Source: an uncultured bacterium
GTDB taxonomy: Bacteria > Omnitrophota > Gorgyraeia > Duberdicusellales > CBEUCJ01
Length of the DNA: 64,000 nucleotides
NCBI GenBank assembly: GCA_965541615.1
Contig: CBEUCJ010000002.1
Coordinates: 223,795-287,794, forward strand
Direction: 5' to 3'
The notes beneath the pieces are model-generated. The model was not told the DNA's origin, did no database searches, and worked only from the letters and a program-made list of their open reading frames with translations. Shown one piece after another: positions 42,526 through 51,886 of this stretch. Each line of letters opens with the position of its first letter. Positions within the stretch are counted from its first letter, which is position 1. Made by a program: the position numbers and the translations under genes.

Positions 42526-42951
42526 TTATTTTTTAAAAGAATCCTTAGAGAATAAAAGAATAGCGCATTTTTCTAAATCATATATTTTAAATCTTATCTT
42601 CTTAAATTCTTTACTCAAAGAATCTGACCTTACCTTAACAAACTCTTCTAAACTGCGAGCAGATTCCTTTGCTCTTTGAAAGTTAGCTATCAAAATCTCT
42701 TTTAAATTTTTCCTCTTTTTTTCCAAAATATCTTTTCCAATGTCAGAGTTTATATCTCTGTTTTTTAGAAGCTCTTCTAAGCTAAAATCCTTTTTGAATA
42801 TAAGATTCACTTTGTTTCTGAGATTCTTTATCTTCTTAAATATTTTTTCTTCTTTGTAATAAAATCTCATAATATCTTCACAAATCTTTAAAGCTTCTTT
42901 TAATCTATTAAAGTTAACATCTATTAACCTTAAAAGATTTTTATCCTTCAC
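42526..42951 (-). CDS. ThiD2-family protein (standalone form of the cyanobacterial ThiE N-terminal domain)
   Basis: RLIDVNFNRLKEALKICED..R, RD..SDIG, ANFQRAKESARSLEE, RFKIYDLEK; directly upstream of thiE. Confidence 0.8.
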   Translation of the reverse strand: MKDKNLLRLIDVNFNRLKEALKICEDIMRFYYKEEKIFKKIKNLRNKVNLIFKKDFSLEELLKNRDINSDIGKDILEKKRKNLKEILIANFQRAKESARSLEEFVKVRSDSLSKEFKKIRFKIYDLEKCAILLFSKDSFKK

Positions 42952-43414
42952 CTTTTATCCTCTTTATTATTTGAGTTGTGGAATGTCCTTTTAAATATTT
43001 AATTCTTTTAACTTTTCCTTTATAACTCTTAACAAAATCTGCTCCTACAATTTCAGATTCTTTCCAATCACCTCCTTTTACTAAAACATCAGGTCTTATA
43101 CTTTTTATAAGTCTCAAAGGAGTCTTTTCTTTAAAAATGACCACAAAATCTACCATCTCTAAAGATGCTAAAATCTGAGCTCTGGTATTTTCATCTTTTA
43201 TAGGTCTTTTTTCACCTTTAATTTTTTTAACTGAACTATCAGAATTTAAACCTATGATTAATACATCTCCTAACTTTTTTGCTTTTTTTAATAAATGGAT
43301 ATGTCCTAAATGCAGAATGTCAAAACAACCATTTGTAAAGACTATCTTTTTCTTTTCTTTTCTTATTTTAGAAATTTCTCTTTTTAATTCTGATAATTCT
43401 ACAACTCTTCCCAA
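42941..43414 (-). CDS. rfaE2: D-glycero-beta-D-manno-heptose 1-phosphate adenylyltransferase
   Basis: VFTNGCFDILHLGH, GLNSDSSV..KG.KRP, PDVLVKGGDW, STT. Confidence 0.94.
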   Translation of the reverse strand: MGRVVELSELKREISKIRKEKKKIVFTNGCFDILHLGHIHLLKKAKKLGDVLIIGLNSDSSVKKIKGEKRPIKDENTRAQILASLEMVDFVVIFKEKTPLRLIKSIRPDVLVKGGDWKESEIVGADFVKSYKGKVKRIKYLKGHSTTQIIKRIKGEG

Positions 43415-43418
43415 AACT

Positions 43419-43988
43419 TTAGAAATCTTTTTCTACAAATTCACAAAGGAGATGACCTAAAAGAATATGAACTTCTTGTATCCTTGGAGTATTATCTGAA
43501 GGAACATTTATTAATATATCACAGAATTTTTTCATTTTACCTCCATCTTTACCTGTAAATCCTGCTGTTAAAATCCCTTTTTCTTTAGCTTTTTTTAAGG
43601 CTCTTATTACATTCTGTGAATTTCCACTCGTAGATATTCCAATACAAACATCACCTTTTTTACCAAAAGCTACTATCTGCCTTTCAAAAATACTATCAAA
43701 AGAATAATCATTGCCAATAGCTGTAAGGATAGAAGTATCAGTATTTAAAGCTATTGCTGGAAGAGCTTGTCTTTCTTTTTTAAATCTGACTACAAACTCA
43801 CAGGCTATATGTTGAGCTTGTGCTGCTGAACCTCCATTTCCAAATAAGATAATTTTATTTCCTTTCTTTAAAGTTCTTTTTACTACTTTTACCAAATCTA
43901 AAAATTTTTTTAAAAGATCATCGTCTTCTAAGATAAGATCTTTAATATGAATACTTTCTTTTATTTTCTCTTTGAGCTCTTTTTTCAC
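43419..43988 (-). CDS. gmhA: D-sedoheptulose 7-phosphate isomerase
   Basis: GNGGSAAQAQH, AIGNDY, ISTSGNS, TPRIQEVH. Confidence 0.96.
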   Translation of the reverse strand: MKKELKEKIKESIHIKDLILEDDDLLKKFLDLVKVVKRTLKKGNKIILFGNGGSAAQAQHIACEFVVRFKKERQALPAIALNTDTSILTAIGNDYSFDSIFERQIVAFGKKGDVCIGISTSGNSQNVIRALKKAKEKGILTAGFTGKDGGKMKKFCDILINVPSDNTPRIQEVHILLGHLLCEFVEKDF

Positions 43989-43990
43989 CT

Positions 43991-45019
43991 TTATCCAAAA
44001 AATACTTTTGCTATCTCATAAAAATTAAGGTCTAAAGTCTTTATACCTTTAGCAGCTTCTTCTAAAGGAACTTCTTCTATATTGTAACCTTTTAGACTCA
44101 CCATGTATCCATATTTTTTCTTCAAAACTAAATCTACAGCCTTTACACCAAACCTTGTACCCAAAATTCTATCAAAAGCTGAAGGACTCCCTCCTCTCTG
44201 AATGTGACCTAAAACTGTAACTCTTGTTTCAAAACCTGTTTTCTTTTCTATCAACTCAGCTATTAAATGACCTATCCCTCCTAATCTTACATGACCAAAC
44301 TCATCTTTCTCAGCTTTCTGAGTAACTTCAGATGGCAACTCTTTTAATTTGGCTCCTTCAGCTACAACTACTATGCTAAAAGTCTTTCCTCTATCATGTC
44401 TCTTTTTTATCACTTCACACACCCAATCTATGTCTATAGGAATCTCTGGAACCAAAATCACATCTGCGCCTCCTGCCATGCCTGCAAAGCAAGCTATCCA
44501 ACCTGCATGTCTTCCCATAACTTCTACGACTATAATCCTGTTATGGGATTCAGCTGTGGTGTGGAGTCTATCTATACATTCAGTAGCAATCTCTACAGCT
44601 GTGAAAAAACCAAAGGTATAATCTGTACCTGAAAGATCATTATCTATTGTTTTGGGAACCCCTACAATATTCAAACCTTCTTTATAAAGTTTGTAAGCTA
44701 CACCTAAAGTATCTTCTCCTCCTATAGCTATCAAAGCTTCAAGATCCAGTTTTTTCCAATTCTCTTTTATTTTTTCAACAGCTCCTTCTCTTTTATAAGG
44801 ATTGGTCCTTGAAGTTCCCAAGATTGTGCCTCCTTTTGGTAAGATCCCTGAGACAGCTTGTAAATCTAAAGGCATAAAATCTAAATCTATAAGTCCTTTC
44901 CAGCCATATTTTATTCCTACAGTCTCTATACCTTCTTGATGAGCTTTTCTCACAATTGCTCTTATCACAGGATTAAGTCCTGGACAATCTCCTCCTCCAG
45001 TTAATACTCCTATCTTCAT
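43991..45019 (-). CDS. pfkA: 6-phosphofructokinase, group III, likely PPi-dependent
   Basis: LTGGGDCPGLN, GGEDT (Asp at the specificity position), PKTIDND, EVMGRHAGW, LGHIQRGG. Confidence 0.92.
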   Translation of the reverse strand: MKIGVLTGGGDCPGLNPVIRAIVRKAHQEGIETVGIKYGWKGLIDLDFMPLDLQAVSGILPKGGTILGTSRTNPYKREGAVEKIKENWKKLDLEALIAIGGEDTLGVAYKLYKEGLNIVGVPKTIDNDLSGTDYTFGFFTAVEIATECIDRLHTTAESHNRIIVVEVMGRHAGWIACFAGMAGGADVILVPEIPIDIDWVCEVIKKRHDRGKTFSIVVVAEGAKLKELPSEVTQKAEKDEFGHVRLGGIGHLIAELIEKKTGFETRVTVLGHIQRGGSPSAFDRILGTRFGVKAVDLVLKKKYGYMVSLKGYNIEEVPLEEAAKGIKTLDLNFYEIAKVFFG

Positions 45020-45045
45020 TATCCTTCACCCCCTTTACTTAAAAT

Positions 45046-45636
45046 TCAAAACTCTCTGTAAGGTATCTTTAACTCAGGTTCAGTCTTATTATCTTCTTTT
45101 CCCTCTCTCTTCTTTTTAAGAGATAAAATCTTTGAAACAAATATTCTAACTCTTATATCTTCTGTACCTAACAAAGTTTGCAATTTTTCTTTAACTAAGT
45201 TTTGAAGATTAGAAGTAAAATCAGGTAACTCTTCTATAGGATTTAAAACTAATCTCAACTCTACATAAATTTTACCTTTTCTTTTAGCTCTAATTATAGG
45301 TCTTAAATCTCTAATCTCAGAGATTTCAGCACATACTTTTTTTAAAAAATCCTCTACAGCTCCTAAGGAAATTACCACCTCTCCTTTCTCAGTTTGAAAA
45401 GCTATGTTTTTCTCTCTTTCTCTTCTTATAAATAACCCTTGCAAGAACCAAATCCAGAGTAAAAATAAAAGGATTCCTACAAAAAATATAATTACTTTTA
45501 TTCTCAGATCTCCATAAAATTGACTCAAATAATATTGAATTGTAGTGAACTCAATGTAATTTAAACTTACTCCAATAAGAAACCCGCTTAAAGCTATAAA
45601 GAGAAGAGTAAAGATTAATATACACAAAAAAACCAT
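45046..45636 (-). CDS. amaP: Alkaline shock response membrane anchor AmaP-like
   Basis: Two TM helices then GEVVISLGAVED; downstream of Asp23. Confidence 0.75.
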   Translation of the reverse strand: MVFLCILIFTLLFIALSGFLIGVSLNYIEFTTIQYYLSQFYGDLRIKVIIFFVGILLFLLWIWFLQGLFIRREREKNIAFQTEKGEVVISLGAVEDFLKKVCAEISEIRDLRPIIRAKRKGKIYVELRLVLNPIEELPDFTSNLQNLVKEKLQTLLGTEDIRVRIFVSKILSLKKKREGKEDNKTEPELKIPYREF

Positions 45637-45639
45637 TTT

Positions 45640-45990
45640 TTACCCCCTTTCTATTCCTCTTACATCTATATCTATTTGAAAATTTAAAACTCCTAAAGTC
45701 TCTTGTAGATTCTTTAAGATCTTCTCCTGCATATTTAATGAAACTTCTTTGATATCTGTGCCATATTTTAAAATTACAGGGACTCTTATCCTCACTGTAT
45801 CTTCTTGAGAAATATCCACTTTTATAGCAATACCTGATTTGGGCTTAAATATCTTTAAAAACCTATCTAAAAGAGAGTAATGAATCCTTAATACACCTTC
45901 TATTTCTTGAGAAGTATTTAAAACTATTTGCCTTACAACATCTTTATGGACTCTTACTTTTCCTAAATCAGTGCTCCAAGTCTTATTCAA
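45640..45990 (-). CDS. Asp23/Gls24 family protein
   Basis: [21 protein letters not shown]...[11 protein letters not shown]; follows accC. Confidence 0.85.
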   Translation of the reverse strand: MNKTWSTDLGKVRVHKDVVRQIVLNTSQEIEGVLRIHYSLLDRFLKIFKPKSGIAIKVDISQEDTVRIRVPVILKYGTDIKEVSLNMQEKILKNLQETLGVLNFQIDIDVRGIERG

Positions 45991-47344
45991 AACTATACAC
46001 CTCCTCTCTGTAAAATTTAGATAAAAATGAAGTGTCGTAATTCCCTTTACAAAAATCTGGATCTGAAACTATTCTTTGGTGCAAAGAAATAGTAGTCTTT
46101 AATGGATGTATCATAAACTCAGATAATGCGCGTTTAGCTATTTTAAGAGCTTCTTTTCTATCTTTACCATAGCATATTAATTTAGCTAATAAAGAATCAT
46201 AAAATGGAGGGACTCTGTAACCTTGATAAATAGCAGTATCTACCCTCACACCTTTTCCTCCAGGAAGATTCAAAAACTCTATTAAGCCAGGGGTTGGAAC
46301 AAAATTTTTTTCAGGGTCTTCACAATTTATTCTAAACTCTATAGCATGTCCTCTCAAAGGAATATCTTCCTGCTTCAAGCCCAATTTTTCTCCAGCAGCT
46401 ATTAGTATCTGTAATTTTACTAAATCTACGTCTGTTATTTGCTCTGTAACAGGATGTTCTACTTGGATACGTGTATTCATCTCAATGAAATAAAGATTAT
46501 GCTCTTTATCCATAATAAATTCTAATGTTCCCACATTCTCATATTTACAGGCTTTAGCTAATTTTGTTGCCCATTCAATTAATTTTTTTCTTAATTTGGC
46601 ATCTATTATTGGAGAGGGAGCTTCTTCTATTAATTTCTGATGTCTTCTTTGAATTGAGCACTCTCTTTCATATAAAGAGATAACGTTTCCATATTTATCT
46701 GCTGCTATCTGAACCTCTATGTGCCTGGGATTTTCTATAAACTTTTCTATATATAAAGACTTATCTCCAAAAGAACTTTCAGCTTCTGCTTGACAGGTCA
46801 GAAAACTGCTAACTAACCTCATATCTGTATGGCATACTCTCATTCCTCTTCCTCCACCACCAGCTACTGCTTTAAGCATTACTGGATATCCAATCTGGTG
46901 AGCAATCTCTAAAGCTTTCTCTTTTTCATTTATTTTTTCTAAACTACCAGGAACAAGTGGCACTCCGCATTTTTTAGCTAACTTTCTGGCTTCCAATTTA
47001 TCTCCCATTAATTTTATATTTTCAGGCTTTGGACCTATAAATTTTATTCCACAAGACTCACAGATCTCTGCAAAATGGGCATTCTCAGCTAAAAATCCGT
47101 AACCTGGGTGTATAGCATCACTATCTGTGATTTCAGCTGCACTTATTATTTGAGGAATGTTGAGATAACTTTCTTGGGCAGGACCAGGTCCTATACATAC
47201 AGCTTCATCAGCTAACTCTACATGTAAAGAGTCTTTGTCTGCTTCTGAATATACAGCTACAGTCCTGATATTTAACTCTCTACAAGCTCTAATTATTCTT
47301 ACAGCTATCTCTCCCCTGTTAGCAATTAAAATCTTAGAAAACAT
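45983..47344 (-). CDS. accC: Acetyl-CoA carboxylase biotin carboxylase
   Basis: [49 protein letters not shown]. Confidence 0.98.
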   Translation of the reverse strand: MFSKILIANRGEIAVRIIRACRELNIRTVAVYSEADKDSLHVELADEAVCIGPGPAQESYLNIPQIISAAEITDSDAIHPGYGFLAENAHFAEICESCGIKFIGPKPENIKLMGDKLEARKLAKKCGVPLVPGSLEKINEKEKALEIAHQIGYPVMLKAVAGGGGRGMRVCHTDMRLVSSFLTCQAEAESSFGDKSLYIEKFIENPRHIEVQIAADKYGNVISLYERECSIQRRHQKLIEEAPSPIIDAKLRKKLIEWATKLAKACKYENVGTLEFIMDKEHNLYFIEMNTRIQVEHPVTEQITDVDLVKLQILIAAGEKLGLKQEDIPLRGHAIEFRINCEDPEKNFVPTPGLIEFLNLPGGKGVRVDTAIYQGYRVPPFYDSLLAKLICYGKDRKEALKIAKRALSEFMIHPLKTTISLHQRIVSDPDFCKGNYDTSFLSKFYREEVYSFE

Positions 47345-47782
47345 TTATAAAGGTTCTACTAAAAAGAGGGGTTGACCAAACTCAACTGGTTCTCCATTCT
47401 CTACCAAAATCTCTACAATTTTACCTTTAACTTCTGATTTTATCTCATTCATTAACTTCATAGCCTCAATTATACATAAAACTGTGCCAGGCTCTATGAC
47501 ATCGCCTACTTCTACATAGGGTTTAGCACCTGGAGATGGAGCTCTATAGAAAGTTCCAACCATAGGAGCTTTTATCTCTATAAGGTTTTTGGATTCTTTT
47601 TCAAGGTTTTCTTGCGAAGTCTTTTCAGAAGAAACTTGAATTAAGTTAGTATGCTTATTTTGAGGAGAACTCTTCTTCAATTTTATTCTTGCTCCTTCTC
47701 TTTCAATCTCTATTTCTTCTAAGTTATGTTCTTCCATTATCTTTATAAGTTCTTTTATTTTATCTATCTCTATTTCTTTCAT
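47345..47782 (-). CDS. accB: Biotin carboxyl carrier protein
   Basis: [22 protein letters not shown]. Confidence 0.97.
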   Translation of the reverse strand: MKEIEIDKIKELIKIMEEHNLEEIEIEREGARIKLKKSSPQNKHTNLIQVSSEKTSQENLEKESKNLIEIKAPMVGTFYRAPSPGAKPYVEVGDVIEPGTVLCIIEAMKLMNEIKSEVKGKIVEILVENGEPVEFGQPLFLVEPL

Positions 47783-47783
47783 T

Positions 47784-48344
47784 TTAAACCCTTTCTACAT
47801 ACTCTTTAGTTTGAGTATTAACTTTTATTACATCACCTTCTTGAATAAAAAGAGGAACATTTATCTCTAAACCTGTCTCTAAAACTGCAGGTTTAGTTCC
47901 TGACTTTACAGAATCTCCTTTAAAACCAGGTTCAGTTTTTACTACTTTTAACTCTATAAATTGAGGAAGCTTAATATTTATTAATTGTCCTTTGTAAAAG
48001 TAACCTGTTAATTCTAAATTGTCTTTTAAAAAATCTGTAAATTCTCCTATTACATCTTTGGAAAGTGTGAATTCATTAAAATCCTGCATATCCATAAAAT
48101 GGTAATCTTGACCTTCTCTGTATAAGAATTGTAACTTTTTCTCTTCAACAAAAGCTTCTTGTAATCTGTCTCCATCTCTAAATGTCCTTTCTATTAATTG
48201 ACCTGTTTTTAAATCTCTCAACTTTGTTCTGCAGAAAGCAGCTCCTTTTCCAGGTTTTACATGTTCATAACTCACGATCATATAGACTTTATCGTCTATT
48301 AATACAGTTAAACCTGTTTTAAATTGATTTATGGATATACTCAC
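47784..48344 (-). CDS. efp: Elongation factor P
   Basis: [34 protein letters not shown]. Confidence 0.98.
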   Translation of the reverse strand: MSISINQFKTGLTVLIDDKVYMIVSYEHVKPGKGAAFCRTKLRDLKTGQLIERTFRDGDRLQEAFVEEKKLQFLYREGQDYHFMDMQDFNEFTLSKDVIGEFTDFLKDNLELTGYFYKGQLINIKLPQFIELKVVKTEPGFKGDSVKSGTKPAVLETGLEINVPLFIQEGDVIKVNTQTKEYVERV

Positions 48345-49365
48345 TTAGGATCTCAGCTCCTTTCTTCTTTACCAAAACTATATCTTCAATCCTAATCCCA
48401 TATTTATTTTTAAAATAAATTCCAGGTTCTACAGTCAATACCATATTCTCTTTTAAAACTTCTTTGCTTCTAACGGATAAAAAAGGAGCTTCATGCACAT
48501 CTATACCTATCCCATGCCCTGTAGAATGCAAAACTCCTCTTATTCTTTTATGCTTTTTAAAAAAATCTCTTATTTTTTTATCTATCATTTGAACTTCTAT
48601 TCCTTCTCTTATTAAAGAAAAGGCTAAATTTTGAGCTTCTAAAACTAACTCAAAATCTTTTTTAAAAGACTTAGGTATTCTACCTATATAAAAAACTCGT
48701 GTCAAGTCAGAGCAATAATTTTTAAATTTCACTCCCACATCTATTAAAATCACCTCATTTAAAGATAACCTTCTAAAAGAAGGTTTTGCATGAGGAAAAG
48801 CTGTATTTTCTCCAAAACAAACTATAGGTTCAAATGCTAACTTCTGAGCTCCCCTCAATAAAGCAAATTTATTTACTTCACTGCACAATCTCTTTTCAGT
48901 AATTCCAACTGAAAGTATTCTTTTTACCATCTCTATTATCTCAGAAGTAATTTTTATAGCTTGCTTTATCCTCTTTATTTCTTGAAGAGTCTTTATTTTC
49001 CTCATCTCTTCTAAAATGTTAACTGGTTTAAAGAGTTTTACCTCTTCTTTTATGAGCTGATACTCTTTAAAACTTAAATCTTTTTCCTCAAATCCTAAAT
49101 ATTTTATCTTCTCTTTTTTTATTATCTTCTTAATAGAAGAAAAGTAATCTGAATCTATAATTACTTCCCATTCTTTTTTGAATAATTCTGTTTCAAATTT
49201 AAATCTCTTATCTGTAATAAGATAGTTTTTTGAGGGAGTAATGATTAAGTAAGAATCTATATATTCAGAATCTGTAAGATAAGAAAAATTTGAAGGTGAG
49301 TTTATTAAAAGAGCTTGAATTTTTGCTTCTTCTAACTTTTTATATATTTTTTCTATTTTTTTCAC
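48319..49365 (-). CDS. Xaa-Pro peptidase (M24B)
   Basis: TDKRF, PHA, IDVG..YCSDLTR, HSTGHGIGIDVHEAP, TVEPGIY, GIRIED. Confidence 0.93.
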   Translation of the reverse strand: MKKIEKIYKKLEEAKIQALLINSPSNFSYLTDSEYIDSYLIITPSKNYLITDKRFKFETELFKKEWEVIIDSDYFSSIKKIIKKEKIKYLGFEEKDLSFKEYQLIKEEVKLFKPVNILEEMRKIKTLQEIKRIKQAIKITSEIIEMVKRILSVGITEKRLCSEVNKFALLRGAQKLAFEPIVCFGENTAFPHAKPSFRRLSLNEVILIDVGVKFKNYCSDLTRVFYIGRIPKSFKKDFELVLEAQNLAFSLIREGIEVQMIDKKIRDFFKKHKRIRGVLHSTGHGIGIDVHEAPFLSVRSKEVLKENMVLTVEPGIYFKNKYGIRIEDIVLVKKKGAEILSEYIHKSI

Positions 49366-49789
49366 TTAAAAAATCTATAGCTGCAAAGAGTGCTAACTTA
49401 TAAGAAAGACTCTTAAAGCCTGAAATTACTCCTATACAAATGTCAGAAATTAAACTTTTTCTCCTAAATTCTTCTCTATTCCAAAGATTTGAAAGATGAA
49501 CTTCTATAGAAGGAATGTTTCTGGCTAACAGAGCATCTCTCAGACCAATACTTGTATGCGTTAAAGAAGCTGGATTTATTATTATGAAATCTGCATCTGT
49601 AGATTGAATTTTTTCTATAATCTTTCCTTCATAGTTTGATTGAAAAAATTCTATTTTTATATTATGAGATTTGGCTATTTCTTCTAATTCTTTGTTTATC
49701 TCTTCTAAAGTTTTTTCTCCATAGATATTCTGCTCTCTCTTTCCTAAAAGATTTAAATTAGGTCCATTTATAACTAAAATCTTACTCAT
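49340..49789 (-). CDS. aroQ: Type II 3-dehydroquinate dehydratase
   Basis: NGPNLNLLGKRE..YG, QSN.EG, NPASLTHTS, EVHLSN..REEFR. Confidence 0.97.
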   Translation of the reverse strand: MSKILVINGPNLNLLGKREQNIYGEKTLEEINKELEEIAKSHNIKIEFFQSNYEGKIIEKIQSTDADFIIINPASLTHTSIGLRDALLARNIPSIEVHLSNLWNREEFRRKSLISDICIGVISGFKSLSYKLALFAAIDFLSEKNRKNI

Positions 49790-49955
49790 CTTTTGAAGGG
49801 GGTTCAGATTCTTCTATTAACATTATAGGAATACCATCTATAATAGGATATTTCCTTTTACATCCTTTACATACTATTTTATCACCTTTTTGTTCTACAT
49901 CACTTTTGCAAGCAGGGCATGCTAATATTTTTAATAAATCTTCATCTATTTTCAT
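49782..49955 (-). CDS. Trm112/YcaR-family zinc-ribbon protein, 57 aa (not in ORF track)
   Basis: Manual translation MKIDEDLLKILACPACKSDVEQKGDKIVCKGCKRKYPIIDGIPIMLIEESEPPSKDE; fills the gap and overlaps both neighbours. Confidence 0.92.
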   Translation of the reverse strand: MKIDEDLLKILACPACKSDVEQKGDKIVCKGCKRKYPIIDGIPIMLIEESEPPSKDE

Positions 49956-50214
49956 CTTCTTTTAATACTTTTACATAGTTTAGTTTCAAATTACTCAAAA
50001 TATTTTCTAACAATTCTTTTTCTTCTTGAGATAAGTTACCTTCTGTTTTCTCCTTTATCATATCTAAAGTATCTATTAAGAATTTAGCTTGCCTCAGATT
50101 CTTTTCAAACTTTTTTGTAATTGGAGACTCTATCAAACCCAAAGCTATCATCGTCTGTAGACTTAAAGAGTTTATAAAGATCTCAAAAGTTGGTTTTACG
50201 TATTTTTGCTCCAT
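49942..50214 (-). CDS. DUF1844-family protein
   Basis: F..FI.SL...MIALG....P, AKFLIDTLDMIKEKTEGNL..EE..LL..L..L..YV. Confidence 0.82.
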   Translation of the reverse strand: MEQKYVKPTFEIFINSLSLQTMIALGLIESPITKKFEKNLRQAKFLIDTLDMIKEKTEGNLSQEEKELLENILSNLKLNYVKVLKEDENR

Positions 50215-50215
50215 A

Positions 50216-51019
50216 TTAATAAAATATAATACCTGCGTATCCCACTACTGAATCTCTGTCTCCTGTAACATCTGCTGAAGTCATATAAGAAATTAACTCT
50301 GCAGATTTACAACCACAAAGTTCACAGTAATTTAATAAAACTATTATAGGCATATATCCACAAATAGTCATATCTTCTTGTATAACTTTTTTAAAAAATT
50401 CAGTCTTATCTAATCTTAATATAGCTTGAATAGCTAAATCATCTTTTTTACGTGCAGTCACATCTGGCTCATAATGAGAAAAATCAGAACTGGCTATAAG
50501 TAAGACTTCTTCTTCTGATTCTCTTACAGACTTAAATAAACTTTTGGCTAACTCTTCCCATTCATTAGGAGTTCCTCCTCCTATTACTATAGGAGTCAAC
50601 TTTATTTGAGGATTAAAGTACTGCAAAAAAGGTAAAATTACTTCTAAACAATGCTCAAATTCATGAGCTAAGCTATCTAATTTTAAAATATTAGAATTCT
50701 TTAATAATAAATTCCTTAATTCTTGATCTATTTTTACTTCTCCCAAAGGAGTGATCCAATCATCACCTTCCCATAAACTAAATACCTCTCCTCTCCCTGT
50801 ATGGTTTGGTCCTATGAGAATCACTCTTTGAGGAATAGTCACTTTTGAGAGTGTGAGACCTGCTACTTTTCCTGAAAAAATATAGCCTGCGTGAGGTAGA
50901 ATAACCCCTTTTACTTTCTTTTTAACTTCTTCTTTTTTACACAAACTACGTATAGTCTCTAAAAGTTCTTTTTGTGATGCAGGATAAAATTGCCCACTTA
51001 CACAGGGCTTCCTCTTCAT
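50216..51019 (-). CDS. amrB: AmmeMemoRadiSam system protein B (MEMO1 family), standalone
   Basis: RKPCVSGQFYP, PHAGYIFSG, GPNH, EHCLEV, SSDFSHY, ICG, VVGYAG. Confidence 0.92.
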   Translation of the reverse strand: MKRKPCVSGQFYPASQKELLETIRSLCKKEEVKKKVKGVILPHAGYIFSGKVAGLTLSKVTIPQRVILIGPNHTGRGEVFSLWEGDDWITPLGEVKIDQELRNLLLKNSNILKLDSLAHEFEHCLEVILPFLQYFNPQIKLTPIVIGGGTPNEWEELAKSLFKSVRESEEEVLLIASSDFSHYEPDVTARKKDDLAIQAILRLDKTEFFKKVIQEDMTICGYMPIIVLLNYCELCGCKSAELISYMTSADVTGDRDSVVGYAGIIFY

Positions 51020-51180
51020 TTACGTCTTCTTCTCTTTCTTTTCTTCCTTTTCTCTGAAGGCTTTTCGTAATGCTCGTGACGCTTAGCTTCTTCTAAAGTG
51101 CCTTCTTGCTTTAAAAGTTTTCTGAATCTCTTCAGAGCATGTTCAAAAGGTTCATTTTTGCCCACAATAACTTCAGCCAT
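51016..51180 (-). CDS. rpsU: 30S ribosomal protein S21, 54 aa (not in ORF track)
   Basis: Manual translation MAEVIVGKNEPFEHALKRFRKLLKQEGTLEEAKRHEHYEKPSEKRKKRKRRRRK; AAGGAG SD; ATGA overlap with amrB. Confidence 0.95.
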   Translation of the reverse strand: MAEVIVGKNEPFEHALKRFRKLLKQEGTLEEAKRHEHYEKPSEKRKKRKRRRRK

Positions 51181-51207
51181 TTTTTACACTCCTTTCTGTT
51201 TTCTTAA

Positions 51208-51236
51208 ACTATACCACTTCAGAAATAGAGTGTCAA
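51208..51236 (-). promoter_or_regulatory. Strong sigma70-type promoter of rpsU operon
   Basis: TTGACA-17 nt-TATAGT with extended -10 TG; the -35 overlaps the TGA stop of the tonB-like gene. Confidence 0.75.
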
Positions 51237-51886
51237 TCTTTGTATTGAAAAGTTATTTGAATATTAAAAGCGAGTTGAGGAAAATCTAATTCCTTAGGAA
51301 AGGGAGGAAAAGGACTTGCTTCTTTCACACTCAACAAAGCTATTTCTTTTAACCTTTGAGAAGCACAAGTTTTATTCTCTAAAATTTTTATCCTCAAAAT
51401 ATTTCCAAATGAATCTATTATGAAACTTAAATAAACCTTTCCTTCTTCCCTCAAAGTATAATTTTGGTAAGCTTGAACTCTTATCTTTTCTCTTATCAAC
51501 TTATAATATTCCATATAAGAAGGAGAAGGGATTTTAACTTTTAATTCTTCAAAATCTTCTTTTACAGAAATAGACTTAATATCTTTTACAGGTGGTAATT
51601 TTACTGAGATTTTTGGTTCCTTTTTAAAGATTTTCTTCAAAATCTTTTCAGAACTCTCTATGTAAGGAGGTGGGGCTTTTAACTTTGGTTTGAATCTTTT
51701 TAAATCCATTATTGGTTTTTCTTTTAAAAAAGTTGACTTTTCAACTGAATATATTATCTGGACTTTATTTTCTTGTGTTTTTCTTTTGAAAGAATTAAAA
51801 AAATTACCTCTAATCCCTACAATTAAAGAAGTATGAATAAAAAAAGAAATCAATAAAGAAATCCTTAAAACCTTTGTATCATTCAT
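51233..51886 (-). CDS. TonB-family energy transducer protein
   Basis: N-terminal TM with SxxxH (SFFIH), Pro/Lys linker, C-terminal EGKVYLSFII...ASPFPPFP domain. Confidence 0.78.
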   Translation of the reverse strand: MNDTKVLRISLLISFFIHTSLIVGIRGNFFNSFKRKTQENKVQIIYSVEKSTFLKEKPIMDLKRFKPKLKAPPPYIESSEKILKKIFKKEPKISVKLPPVKDIKSISVKEDFEELKVKIPSPSYMEYYKLIREKIRVQAYQNYTLREEGKVYLSFIIDSFGNILRIKILENKTCASQRLKEIALLSVKEASPFPPFPKELDFPQLAFNIQITFQYKD

